Source: Balanoglossus misakiensis (lineage: Eukaryota > Animalia > Hemichordata). Taken from it: a stretch of 64,000 bases of DNA. The notes below the pieces were generated by a model, which saw nothing but the letters and a program-made list of their open reading frames with translations, was not told the DNA's origin and ran no database searches. The stretch spans positions 401,740 through 465,739 of the forward strand of contig CM082578.2 in NCBI GenBank assembly GCA_040954595.2, in the 5' to 3' direction. This document shows, one piece after another, positions 12,212 through 25,652 of the stretch (position 1 is the stretch's first letter; every line of letters begins with the position of its first letter). The position numbers were made by a program, and so were the translations under genes.

Positions 12212-15200
12212 TGACCCGCTGTGACTTTCCCTGTTCGGTTTGCCCGACTTAGCCAACGTCTTTGTACTAGAGTGTCGGGTCTTTTGCAGAGCCAGGCCGA
12301 AGGTAATCCGACTTGATCACCGTTGCTAACGAACGCTAGTGTCTGTCATGGTGTGCCGGGGTTTTAGTCGAGCCAGGCCGTAGGAGATCTGACTTGATCA
12401 TCGTGGTCAATGTACGCGTGTTTCCGCTCTAAAGTGCCGGGGCTTCAGCTAAACCAGGCCGTAGGAAATCCGACGTAATCACCGTTGATAACTTACGCCA
12501 GTCTGTGTCATATAGAGCCGGTGCACCAGCCGAGTCACGCCGTAGGAAATCTGACTTGATCAACGTGGTCAATGTACGCCTGTTTCTGCTCTAGAGCGCC
12601 GGGGCTTCAGCTGAGCCAGGCCGTAGGAAACCCGACGTGATTACCGTTGTTAACTTACGCCAGTCTGTGTCCTATATATAGTGCCGGGGCATCAGCCGTG
12701 CCAGGTCGAAGGAAATGTGAGTAGATCAACGTGGTTTTTGTACGCGTGTTTCTGCTCTAGAGTGCCAGGGCTTTAGCCAAGCCATGCCGTAGGAAATCTG
12801 ACTTGATCAACGTTGCTAACGAACTCTAGTGTCTATCATAGTGTGCCGGGGTTTTAGTCGAGCCAAGCCGTAGGAGATCAGACTTGATCAACGTGGTCTC
12901 TGTACGCGTGTTTCTGCTCTAGAGTGCCGGGGCTTTATCCAAGCCATGCCGTAGAAAATCTGACTTGATCACCGTTGCTAACGTACGATAGTGTCTGTCA
13001 TATTGTGACGAAGATTTAGCCGAGCCAGGCCATAGAAAAATCGACTTGTTCAACGTTACCAGTGTGCAACTGTTTCTGCTCTAGAGTGTCAGGATTTTAG
13101 CCGACTTATGCTGTAGGAAATCTGAGTTGATGAACGGGAATTCAATGTTAGAAAATCCGTGTGGAAAGTATCTCTACCCGTTTGAAACTAAGAAAAGAAT
13201 TTATTTTTATTTATTTTGTAAAAAAGACAATTTTTCGAAAAAAAAGTCGAAAATGGTAATTTTGTCTTGGGTGATTCAAATTATACCGCCTTTTCTGCAA
13301 TTTGCAGCACTTTTTACAAGAGAACGACACTTCATGCTCCATAATATTTCCGAAAATGAAGAAAAGAGTTAATTTTTTATGATTTTTTAAAAATTTACCT
13401 TTTTTGTCAAAATATGGCCAAAATGGCTATTTTTTATTGAATTCCGTCAATATCTCTGCATTTTTGGAGTGGTCGAAAGTTTTAACATACAATCAACATG
13501 TCATATATGATCAGGGCACCAAATTCGAAGAACAAAGGTTTTTTTAGTTTTTTTTCTAAAAATGACATTTTCAAGGAAAATTTGGTAAAAAGCAATTTTG
13601 TCTGCAGTGAGCCAAATTAGACGGTCTTTTGTGGAATTTGTATCGATATATACATACGAAGAGCATTCTATACTCCATCAGATTTCCGAAAATGTAGAAA
13701 ACAGGTCTTTTGTGTAATTTTCAAAAATTTACCATTTTGACCAAATTGTGGCTAAAATTGTTATTTTCGTGTTGAATGCCGCCAGTGTCACTGCTTTTAA
13801 AAGTCATAAAAACGTTTAACATACAAGCAATTGTTTATATATGATCAGGTCACCGAATTAAAAAAAATAAAGAATGTTTTGCCTAAAAATTACCTTTTTG
13901 GTGCAAAAACGCAATTTTGTATTAAATCAGCTCATTCAGAGTGCATTTTTTATAATCAGCACCATTTTTACATAAAATGGAAATTTCATACATCATCAGA
14001 TATCCAAATATGAAAAAATGATTTAGATTTTAGATGATTGTCCAAAATTAGCTGATATCTAATAAATGTAGTATTGAACCGTTCTGTCCCCCCCCCTACA
14101 TTATATGCGGTACGCCGATGTAAGCTTACCCGGCAGTACTGCAGGCCGTGCCCCCAACTAACGTCGGTGTTTGAAACGCCCTGGTTAAATTCGGGCTTTC
14201 TCTATAAATTGACAGGCAATAATGCAGTCCTACCCGAACAAATGTCGAGTGTTGACCCGCTGTGACATTCCCTCTTCGGTTTGCCCGACTTAGCCAACGT
14301 CTTTGTACTAGAGTGTCGGGTCTTTTGCAGAGCCAGGCCGAAGGAAATCCGACTTGATCACCGTTGCTAACGAACGCTAGTGTCTGTCATGGTGTGCCGG
14401 GGTTTTAGTCGAGCCAGGCCGTAGGAAATCTGACTTGATCAACGTGGTCAATGTACGCCTGTTTCTGCTCTAGAGTGCCGGGGCTTCAGCTGAGCCAGGC
14501 CGTAGGAAACCCGACGTGATTACCGTTGTTAACTTACGCCAGTCTGTGTCATATATATAGTGCCGGGGCATCAGCCGTGCCAGGCCGAAGGAAATGTGAG
14601 TAGATTAACGTGGTCTCTGTACGCGTGTTTCTGCTCTAGAGTGCCAGGGTTTTAGCCAAGCCAAGCCAAGCCGTAGGAAATCTGACTTGATCAACGTTGC
14701 TAACGAACGCTAGTGTCTGTCATAGTATGCCGGGGTTTTAGTCGAGCCAAGCCGTAGGAGATCAGACTTGATCAACGTGGTCTCTGTACGCGTTTTTCTG
14801 CTCTAGAGTGCCGGGGCTTCAGCTGAGCCAGGCCGTAGGAAACCCGACGTGATTTCCGTTGTTAACTTACGCCAGTCTGTGTCCTATATATAGTGCCGGG
14901 GCATCAGCCGTGCCAGGCCGAAGGAAATGTGAGTAGATCAACGTGGTCTCTGTACGCGTGTTTCTGCTCTAGAGTGCCGGGGCTTTATCCAAGCCATGCC
15001 GTAGAAAATCTGACTTGATCACCGTTGCTAACGTACGATAGTGTCTGTCATATTGTGACGAAGATTTAGCCGAGCCAGGCCGTAGAAAAATCGACTTGTT
15101 CAACGTTACCAGTGTGCAACTGTTTCTGCTCTAGAGTGTCAGGATTTTAGCCGACTTATGCTGTAGGAAATCTGAGTTGATGAACGGGAATTCAATGTTA

Positions 15201-18200
15201 GAAAATCCGTGTGGAAAGTATCTCTACCCGTTTGAAACTAAGAAAAGAATTTATTTTTATTTATTTTGTAAAAAAGACAATTTTTCGAAAAAAAAGTCGA
15301 AAATGGTAATTTTGTCTTGGGTGATTCAAATTATACCGCCTTTTCTGCAATTTGCAGCACTTTTTACAAGAGAACGACACTTCATGCTCCATAATATTTC
15401 CGAAAATGAAGAAAAGAGTTAATTTTTTATGATTTTTTAAAAATTTACCTTTTTTGTCAAAATATGGCCAAAATGGCTATTTTTTATTGAATTCCGTCAA
15501 TATCTCTGCATTTTTGGAGTGGTCGAAAGTTTTAACATACAATCAACATGTCATATATGATCAGGGCACCAAATTCGAAGAACAAAGGTTTTTTTATTTT
15601 TTTTCTAAAAATGACATTTTCAAGGAAAATTTGGTAAAAAGCAATTTTGTCTGCAGTGAGCCAAATTAGACGGTCTTTTGTGGAATTTGTATCGATATAT
15701 ACATACGAAGAGCATTCTATACTCCATCAGATTTCCGAAAATGTAGAAAACAGGTCTTTTGTGTAATTTTCAAAAATTTACCATTTTGACCAAATTGTGG
15801 CTAAAATTGTTATTTTCGTGTTGAATGCCGCCAGTGTCACTGCTTTTAAAAGTCATAAAAACGTTTAACATACAAGCAATTGTTTATATATGATCAGGTC
15901 ACCGAATTAAAAAAAATAAAGAATGTTTTGCCTAAAAATTACCTTTTTGGTGCAAAAACGCAATTTTGTATTAAATCAGTTCATTCAGAGTGCATTTTTT
16001 ATAATCAGCACCATTTTTACATAAAATGGAAATTTCATACATCATCAGATATCCAAATATGAAAAAATGATTTAGATTTTAGATGATTGTCCAAAATTAG
16101 CTGATATCTAATAAATGTAGTATTGAACCGTTCTGTCCCCCCCCCCCTACATTATATGCGGTACGCCGATGTAAGCTTACCCGGCAGTACTGCAGGCCGT
16201 GCCCCCAACTAACGTCGGTGTTTGAAACGCCCTGGTTAAATTCGGGCTTTCTCTATAAATTGACAGGCAATAATGCAGTCCTACCCGAACAAATGTCGAG
16301 TGTTGACCCGCTGTGACATTCCCTCTTCGGTTTGCCCGACTTAGCCAACGTCTTTGTACTAGAGTGTCGGGTCTTTTGCAGAGCCAGGCCGAAGGAAATC
16401 CGACTTGATCACCGTTGCTAACGAACGCTAGTGTCTGTCATGGTGTGCCGGGGTTTTAGTCGAGCCAGGCCGTAGGAAATCTGACTTGATCAACGTGGTC
16501 AATGTACGCCTGTTTCTGCTCTAGAGTGCCGGGGCTTCAGCTGAGCCAGGCCGTAGGAAACCCGACGTGATTACCGTTGTTAACTTACGCCAGTCTGTGT
16601 CATATATATAGTGCCGGGGCATCAGCCGTGCCAGGCCGAAGGAAATGTGAGTAGATTAACGTGGTCTCTGTACGCGTGTTTCTGCTCTAGAGTGCCAGGG
16701 TTTTAGCCAAGCCAAGCCGTAGGAAATCTGACTTGATCAACGTTGCTAACGAACGCTAGTGTCTGTCATAGTGTGCCGGGGTTTTAGTCGAGCCAAGCCG
16801 TAGGAGATCAGACTTGATCAACGTGGTCTCTGTACGCGTTTTTCTGCTCTAGAGTGCCGGGGCTTCAGCTGAGCCAGGCCGTAGGAAACCCGACGTGATT
16901 TCCGTTGTTAACTTACGCCAGTCTGTGTCCTATATATAGTGCCGGGGCATCAGCCGTGCCAGGCCGAAGGAAATGTGAGTAGATCAACGTGGTCTCTGTA
17001 CGCGTGTTTCTGCTCTAGAGTGCCAGGGCTTTACCCAAGCCATGCCGTAGGAAATCTCACTTGATCACCGTTGCTAACGTACGCTAGTGTCTGTCATATT
17101 GTGACGGAGATTTAGCCGAGCCAGGCCGTAGAAAAATCGACTTGTTCAACGTTTCCAGTGTGCAACTGTTTCTGCTCTAGAGTGTCAGGGTTTTAGCCGA
17201 CTTATGCTGTAGGAAATCTGAGTTGATGAACGGGAAGTCAATGTTAGGAAACCCGTGTGGAAAGTATCTCTACCCGTTTGAAACTAAGAAAAGAATTTAT
17301 TCTTATTTATTTTGTAAAAAAGACAATTTTTCGAAAAAAAGTCGAAAATGGTAATTTTGTCTTGGGTGATTCAAATTATACCGCCTTTTCTGGAATTTGC
17401 AGCACTTTTTACAAGAGAACGACACTTCATGCTCCATAATATTTCCGAAAATGAAGAAAAGAGTTAATTTTTTATGATTTTTTAAAAATTTACCATTTTT
17501 GTCAAAATATGGCCAAAATGGCTATTTTTTCTTGAATTCCGTCAATATCTCTGCATTTTTAGAGTGGTCGAAAGTTTTAACATACAATCAACATGTCATA
17601 TATGATCAGGGCACCAAATTCGAAGAACAAAGGTTTTTTTATTTGTTTTTCTAAAAATGACATTTTCAAGGAAAATTTGGTAAAACGCAATTTTGTCTGC
17701 AGTGAGCCAAATTAGACGGTCTTTTGTGGAATTTGTATCGATATATACATACGAAGAGCATTCTATACTCCATCAGATTTCCGAAAATGTAGAAAACAGG
17801 TATTTTTTATAATTTTCAAAAATTTACCATTTTGACCAAATTGTGGCTAAAATTGTTATTTTCGTGTTGAATGCCGCCAGTGTCACTGCTTTTAAAAGTC
17901 ATAAAAACTTTTAACATACAAGCAATTGTTTATATATGATCAGGTCACCGAATTAAAAAAATAAAGAATGTTTTGCCTTAAAATGACCTTTTTGGTGCAA
18001 AAACGAATAAAACGCAATTTTGTATTAAATCAGCTCATTCAGAGTGCATTTTTTATAATCAGCACCATTTTTACATATAATGGAAATTTCCTACATCATC
18101 AGATATCCAAATATGAAAAAATGATTTAGATTTTAGATGATTGTCCAAAATTAGCTGATATCTAATAAATGTAGTATTGAACCGTTCCGTTCCCCCCCCC

Positions 18201-20576
18201 ACCCCCCCCCCCCCCTTACATTATATGCGGTACGCCGATGTCAGCTTACCCGGCAGTACTGCAGGCCGTGCCCCCAACTAACATCGGTGGTGGAAACGCC
18301 CTGGTTAAATTCGGGCTTCCTCTATAAATTGACAGGCAATAATGCAGTCCTACCCAAACAAATGTCGAGTGTTGACCCGCTGTGACTTTCCCTCTTCGGT
18401 TTGCCCGACTTAGCCAACGTCTTTGTACTAGAGTGTCGGGTCTTTTGCAGAGCCAGGCCGAAGGAAATCCGACTTGATCACCGTTGCTAACGAACGCTAG
18501 TGTGTGTCATGGTGTGCCGGGGTTTTAGTCGAGCCAGGCCGTAGGAGATCTGACTTGATCAACGTGGTCAATGTACGCCTGTTTCTGCTCTAGAGCACCG
18601 GGGCTTCAGCTGAGCCAGGCCGCAGGAAACCCGACGTGATTACCGTTGTTAACTTACGCCAGTCTGTGTCCTATATATAGTGCCGGGGCATCAGCCGTGC
18701 CAGGCCGAAGGAAATGTGAGTAGATCAACGTGGTTTTTGTACGCGTGTTTCCGCTCTAAAGTGCCGGGGCTTCAGCTAAACCAGGCCGTAGGAAATCCGA
18801 CGTAATCACCGTTGATAACTTACGCCTGTCTGTGTCATATAGAGCCGGTGCACCAGCCGAGTCACGCCGTAGGAAATCTGACTTGATCAACGTGGTCAAT
18901 GTACGCCTGTTTCTGCTCTAGAGTGCCGGGGCTTCAGCTGAGCCAGGCCGTAGGAAACCCGACGTGATTACCGTTGTTAACTTACGCCAGTCTGTGTCCT
19001 ATATATAGTGCCGGGGCATCAGCCGTGCCAGGCCGAAGGAAATGTGAGTAGATCAACGTGGTCTCTGTACGCGTGTTTCTGCTCTAGAGTGCCAGGGCTT
19101 TAGCCAAGCCATGCCGTAGGAAATCTGACATGATCAACGTTGCTAACGAACGCTAGTGTCTGTCATAGTGTGCCGGGGTTTTAGTCGAGCCAGGCCGTAG
19201 GAGATCTGACTTGATCAACGTGGTCAATGTACGCCTGTTTCTGCTCTAGAGCGCCGGGGCTTCAGCTGAGCCAGGCCGCAGGAAACCCGACGTGATTACC
19301 GTTGTTAACCTACGCCAGTCTGTGTCCTATATATAGTGCCGGGGCATCAGCCGTGCCAGGCCGAAGGAAATGTGAGTAGATCAACGTGGTTTTTGTACGC
19401 GTGTTTCCGCTCTAAAGTGCCGGGGCTTCAGCTAAACCAGGCCGTAGGAAATCCGACGTAATCACCGTTGATAACTTACGCCTGTCTGTGTCATATAGAG
19501 CCGGTGCACCAGCCGAGTCACGCCGTAGGAAATCTGACTTGATCAACGTGGTCAATGTACGCCTGTTTCTGCTCTAGAGTGCCGGGGCTTCAGCTGAGCC
19601 AGGCCGTAGGAAACCCGACGTGATTACCGTTGTTAACTTACGCCAGTCTGTGTCCTATATATAGTGCCGGGGCATCAGCCGTGCCAGGCCGAAGGAAATG
19701 TGAGTAGATCAACGTGGTCTCTGTACGCGTGTTTCTGCTCTAGAGTGCCAGGGCTTTAGCCAAGCCATGCCGTAGGAAATCTGACATGATCAACGTTGCT
19801 AACGAACGCTAGTGTCTGTCATAGTGTGCCGGGGTTTTAGTCGAGCCAAGCCGTAGGAGATCAGACTTAATCAACGTGGTCTCTGTACGCGTGTTTCTGC
19901 TCTAGAGTGCCGGGGCTTCAGCTGAGCCAGGCCGTAGGAAACCCGACGTGATTACCGTTGTTAACTTACGCCAGTCTGTGTCCTATATATAGTGCCGGGG
20001 CATCAGCCGTGCCAGGCCGAAGGAAATGTGAGTAGATCAACGTGGTCTCTGTACGCGTGTTTCTGCTCTAGAGTGCCAGGGCTTTAGCCAAGCCATGCCG
20101 TAGGAAATCTCACTTGATCACCGTTGCTAACGTACGCTAGTGTCTGTCATTTTGTGACGGAGATTTAGCCGAGCCAGGCCGTAGAAAAATCGACTTGTTC
20201 AACGTTACCAGTGTGCAACTGTTTCTGCTCTAGAGTGTCAGGGTTTTAGCCGACTTATGCTGTAGGAAATCTGAGTTGATGAACGGGAATTCAATGTTAG
20301 AAAACCCGTGTGGAAAGTATCTCTACCCGTTTGAAACTAAGAAAAGAATTTATTCTTATTTATTTTGTAAAAAAGACAATTTTTCGAAAAAAAGTTGAAA
20401 ATGGTAATTTTGTCTTGGGTGATTCAAATTATACCGCCTTTTCTGGAATTTGCAGCACTTTTTGCAAGAGAACGACACCTTATGCTCCATAATATTTCCG
20501 AAAATGAAGAAAAGAGTTAATTTTTTATGATTTTTTAAAAATTTACCATTTTTGTCAAAATATGGCCAAAATGGCT
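12212..20576 (+). repeat. Composite ~2.05-kb macrosatellite, forward orientation (units start 12212, 14253, 16304, 18373)
   Basis: Each unit is an 81-bp GC-richer subrepeat block, a ~950-bp AT-rich block, a poly-C run and a ~150-bp tail; the same spurious ORFs recur at ~2050-bp spacing. Confidence 0.95.
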
Positions 20577-23500
20577 TTTAATGACTTTTAAAAGCAGTGA
20601 CACTGGCGGCATTCATCACGAAAATAACAATTTTAGCCACAATTTAGTCAAAATGGTAAATTTTTGAAATTTACAAAAAATACCTGTTTTCTACATTTTC
20701 GGAAATCTGATGGAGTATAGAATGCTCTTCGTATGTATATATCGATACAAATTCCACAAAAGACCGTCTAATTTGGCTCACTGCAGACAAAATTGCGTTT
20801 TACCAAATTTTCCTTGAAAATGTCATTTTTAGAAGAAAAAAAAATAAAAAAACCTTTGTTCTTCGAATTTGGTGCCCTGATCATATATGACATGTTGATT
20901 GTATGTTAAAACTTTCGACCACTCCAAAAATGCAGATATATTGACGGAATTAAAGAAAAAATAGCCATTTTGGCCATATTTTGACAAAAATGGTAAATTT
21001 TTAAAAAATCATAAAAAATTAACTCTTTTCTTCATTTTCGGAAATATTATGGAGCATAAGGTGTCGTTCTCTTGCAAAAAGTGCTGCAAATTCCAGAAAA
21101 GGCGGTATAATTTGAATCACCCAAGACAAAATTACCATTTTCAACTTTTTTTCGAAAAATTGTCTTTTTTACAAAATAAATAAGAATAAATTCTTTTCTT
21201 AGTTTCAAACGGGTAGAGATACTTTCCACACGGGTTTTCTAACATTGAATTCCCGTTCATCAACTCAGATTTCCTACAGCATAAGTCGGCTAAAACCCTG
21301 ACACTCTAGAGCAGAAACAGTTGCACACTGGTAACGTTGAACAAGTCGATTTTTCTACGGCCTGGCTCGGCTAAATCTCCGTCACAAAATGACAGACACT
21401 AGCGTACGTTAGCAACGGTGATCAAGTGAGATTTCCTACGGCATGGCTTGGTTAAAGCCCTGGCACTCTAGAGCAGAAACACGCGTACAGAGACCACGTT
21501 GATCTACTCACATTTCCTTCGGCCTGGCACGGCTGATGCCCCGGCACTATATATAGGACACAGACTGGCGTAAGTTAACAACGGTAATCACGTCGGGTTT
21601 CCTACGGCCTGGCTCAGCTGAAGCCCCGGCACTCTAGAGCAGAAACACGCGTACAGAGACCACGTTGATCAAGTCTGATCTCCTACGGCTTGGCTCGACT
21701 AAAACCCAGGCACACTATGACAGACACTAGCGTTCGTTAGCAACGTTGATCATGTCAGATTTCCTACGGCATGGCTTGGCTAAAGCCCTGGCACTCTAGA
21801 GCAGAAACACGCGTACAGAGACCACGTTGATCTACTCACATTTCCTTCGGCCTGGCACGGCTGATGCCCCGGCACTATATATAGGACACAGACTGGCGTA
21901 AGTTAACAACGGTAATCACGTCGGGTTTCCTACGGCCTGGCTCAGCTGAAGCCCCGGCACTCTAGAGCAGAAACAGGCGTACATTGACCACGTTGATCAA
22001 GTCAGATTTCCTACGGCCTGGCTCGACTAAAACCCCGGCACACTATGACAGACACTAGCGTTCGTTAGCAACGTTGATCATGTCAGATTTCCTACGGCAT
22101 GGCTTGGCTAAAGCCCTGGCACTCTAGAGCAGAAACACGCGTACAGAGACCACGTTGATCTACTCACATTCCCTTCGGCCTGGCACGGCTGATGCCCCGG
22201 CACTATATATAGGACACAGACTGGCGTAAGTTAACAACGGTAATCACGTAGGGTTTCCTACGGCCTGGCTCAGCTGAAGCCCCGGCACTCTAGAGCAGAA
22301 ACAGGCGTACATTGACCACGTTGATCAAGTCAGATTTCCTACGGCGTGACTCGGCTGGTGCACCGGCTCTATATGACACAGACAGGCGTAAGTTATCAAC
22401 GGTGATTACGTCGGATTTCCTACGGCCTGGTTTAGCTGAAGCCCCGGCACTTTAGAGCGGAAACACGCGTACAAAAACCACGTTGATCTACTCACATTTC
22501 CTTCGGCCTGGCACGGCTGATGCCCCGGCACTATATATAGGACACAGACTGGCGTAAGTTAACAACGGTAATCACGTCGGGTTTCCTGCGGCCTGGCTCA
22601 GCTGAAGCCCCGGTGCTCTAGAGCAGAAACAGGCGTACATTGACCACGTTGATCAAGTCAGATCTCCTACGGCCTGGCTCGACTAAAACCCTGGCACACC
22701 ATGACAGACACTAGCGTTCGTTAGCAACGGTGATCAAGTCGGATTTCCTTCGGCCTGGCTCTGCAAAAGACCCGACACTCTAGTACAAAGACGTTGGCTA
22801 AGTCGGGCAAACCGAAGAGGGAAAGTCACAGCGGGTCAACACTCGACATTTGTTTGGGTAGGACTGCATTATTGCCTGTCAATTTATAGAGGAAGCCCGA
22901 ATTTAACCAGGGCGTTTCCAACACCGATGTTAGTTGGGGGCACGGCCTGCAGTACTGCCGGGTAAGCTGACATCAGCGTACCGCATATAATGTAAGGGGG
23001 GGGGGTGGGGGGGGGGGGGAACGGAACGGTTCAATACTACATTTATTAGATATCAGCTAATTTTGGACAATCATCTGAAATCTAAATCATTTTTTCATAT
23101 TTGGATATCTGATGATGTAAGAAATTTCCATTATATGTAAAAATGGTGCTGATTATAAAAAATGCACTCTGAATGAGCTGATTTAATACAAAATTGCGTT
23201 TTATTCGTTTTTGCACCAAAAAGGTCATTTTTAGGCAAAACATTCTTTATTTTTTTAATTCGGTGACCTGATCATATATAAACAATTGCTTGTATGTTAA
23301 AAGTTTTTATGACTTTTAAAAGCAGTGACACTGGCGGCATTCAACACGAAAATAACAATTTTAGCCACAATTTGGTCAAAATGGTAATTTTTTGAAAATT
23401 ATAAAAAATACCTGTTTTCTACATTTTCGGAAATCTGATGGAGTATAGAATGCTTTTCGTATGTATATATCGATACAAATTCCACAAAAGACCGTCTAAT

Positions 23501-24904
23501 TTGGCTCACTGCAGACAAAATTGCGTTTTACCAAATTTTCCTTGAAAATGTCATTTTTAGAAAAAAAACTAAAAAAACCTTTGTTCTTCGAATTTGGTGC
23601 CCTGATCATATATGACATGTTGATTGTATGTTAAAACTTTCGACCACTCCAAAAATGCAGAGATATTGACGGAATTCAATAAAAAATAGCCATTTTGGCC
23701 ATATTTTGACAAAAAAGGTAAATTTTTAAAAAATCATAAAAAATTAACTCTTTTCTTCAATTTCGGAAATATTATGGAGCATGAAGTGTCGTTCTCTTGT
23801 AAAAAGTGCTGCAAATTGCAGAAAAGGCGGTATAATTTGAATCACCCAAGACAAAATTACCATTTTCGACTTTTTTTTCGAAAAATTGTCTTTTTTACAA
23901 AATAAATAAAAATAAATTCTTTTCTTAGTTTCAAACGGGTAGAGATACTTTCCACACGGATTTTCTAACATTGAATTCCCGTTCATCAACTCAGATTTCC
24001 TACAGCATAAGTCGGCTAAAATCCTGACACTCTAGAGCAGAAACAGTTGCACACTGGTAACGTTGAACAAGTCGATTTTTCTACGGCCTGGCTCGGCTAA
24101 ATCTTCGTCACAATATGACAGACACTATCGTACGTTAGCAACGGTGATCAAGTCAGATTTTCTACGGCATGGCTTGGATAAAGCCCCGGCACTCTAGAGC
24201 AGAAACACGCGTACAGAGACCACGTTGATCAAGTCTGATCTCCTACGGCTTGGCTCGACTAAAACCCCGGCACACTATGATAGACACAAGAGTTCGTTAG
24301 CAACGTTGATCAAGTCAGATTTCCTACGGCATGGCTTGGCTAAAGCCCTGGCACTCTAGAGCAGAAACACGCGTACAAAAACCACGTTGATCTACTCACA
24401 TTTCCTTCGACCTGGCACGGCTGATGCCCCGGCACTATATATAGGACACAGACTGGCGTAAGTTAACAACGGTAATCACGTCGGGTTTCCTACGGCCTGG
24501 CTCAGCTGAAGCCCCGGCGCTCTAGAGCAGAAACAGGCGTACATTGACCACGTTGATCAAGTCAGATTTCCTACGGCGTGACTCGGCTGGTGCACCGGCT
24601 CTATATGACACAGACTGGCGTAAGTTATCAACGGTGATTACGTCGGATTTCCTACGGCCTGGTTTAGCTGAAGCCCCGGCACTTTAGAGCGGAAACACGC
24701 GTACTTTGACCACGATGATCAAGTCAGATCTCCTACGGCCTGGCTCGACTAAAACCCCGGCACACCATGACAGACACTAGCGTTCGTTAGCAACGGTGAT
24801 CAAGTCGGATTACCTTCGGCCTGGCTCTGCAAAAGACCCGACACTCTAGTACAAAGACGTTGGCTAAGTCGGGCAAACCGAACAGGGAAAGTCACAGCGG
24901 GTCA
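20577..24904 (-). repeat. Same macrosatellite, reverse orientation (about 2 units)
   Basis: Reverse complement of the units at 12212-20576; poly-G at ~22996. Confidence 0.95.
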
Positions 24905-24907
24905 TTA

Positions 24908-25191
24908 TGGTGGTCTTCGGTAACGCCAACGAAGCCAGACAGATTTTATTTGCGGCCCCTGGATGCCTGAAAGGAAACAAGTTGAAAGGAAACCAGATTT
25001 ATGTGTCTGACGATGTAAGCAAGAAAGTATACGCGGAACGGAAGAGGCTACTACAGTATGCAAGCAAGATAAAGTGAGAAGCGTCGACGAAAAGCTGCTA
25101 CATAGCTTGGAAAGTGCCGGCAACACTCGTAATCAAGTACGCTAATGGTGTCAAAAAGGAACTCACGGTAAATGACATTCCAGAAAAATGA
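24908..25191 (+). pseudogene. LINE ORF1 C-terminal remnant with in-frame TGA (~25075)
   Basis: Matches the open 94-aa frame of the left copy (IYVSDDVSKKVYAERKRLL, an L1 ORF1p-like C-terminus); AGA>TGA here. Confidence 0.7.
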
Positions 25192-25652
25192 CATTTGTAA
25201 ATGTAAATGAAAATTGTAAATGTAAACTGGATAGTAGCGTACGACTTTGAATTACCAAACACAGTATTCATAGAATAACGGTAACGTTGTCGGCCATTGA
25301 TTTTAAAGATCTCAATACACCTCCGACACAGAGAAGGTGTGGCACTCGAGCAGAGTAGGTTTTTTTTTTCTTGCCCTTCTTTTTTGTTCTTTTTGTATTT
25401 CTTCTCCTTTTCGTCTTGCCCCCTTTCCCTGTTTGTTTTTTTCCTCCGGGGAAGGGAGTTTCGTCTCTTCTCAGTCTTCTCTTTTTTTTGGCCCTTTAGG
25501 TTTTTTTCTCTCGCCTCTGTCGGCCCTTAGGGTGTGTTTGTCTTGTTTGTTTGTTGTTTCTTGATGGGTTTATTTCAAAGCGGGACACATCAGTCAATTT
25601 TCAGAAATGTTTTTGGAAGCAGTCGACACAACACATTTCATGACAATTTGTA

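Noticed and set aside
12240-13130. 81-bp repeats as a CRISPR array or a 27-aa coding repeat
   Set aside because: No unique spacers, no cas genes, eukaryotic context; no long ORF in any frame of the ORF track.
14095-14270. Satellite tail (with CTATAAAT) as a tandem snRNA/5S/tRNA gene
   Set aside because: I recognise no 5S, U snRNA, tRNA or SL sequence; an Infernal/Rfam scan would settle it.
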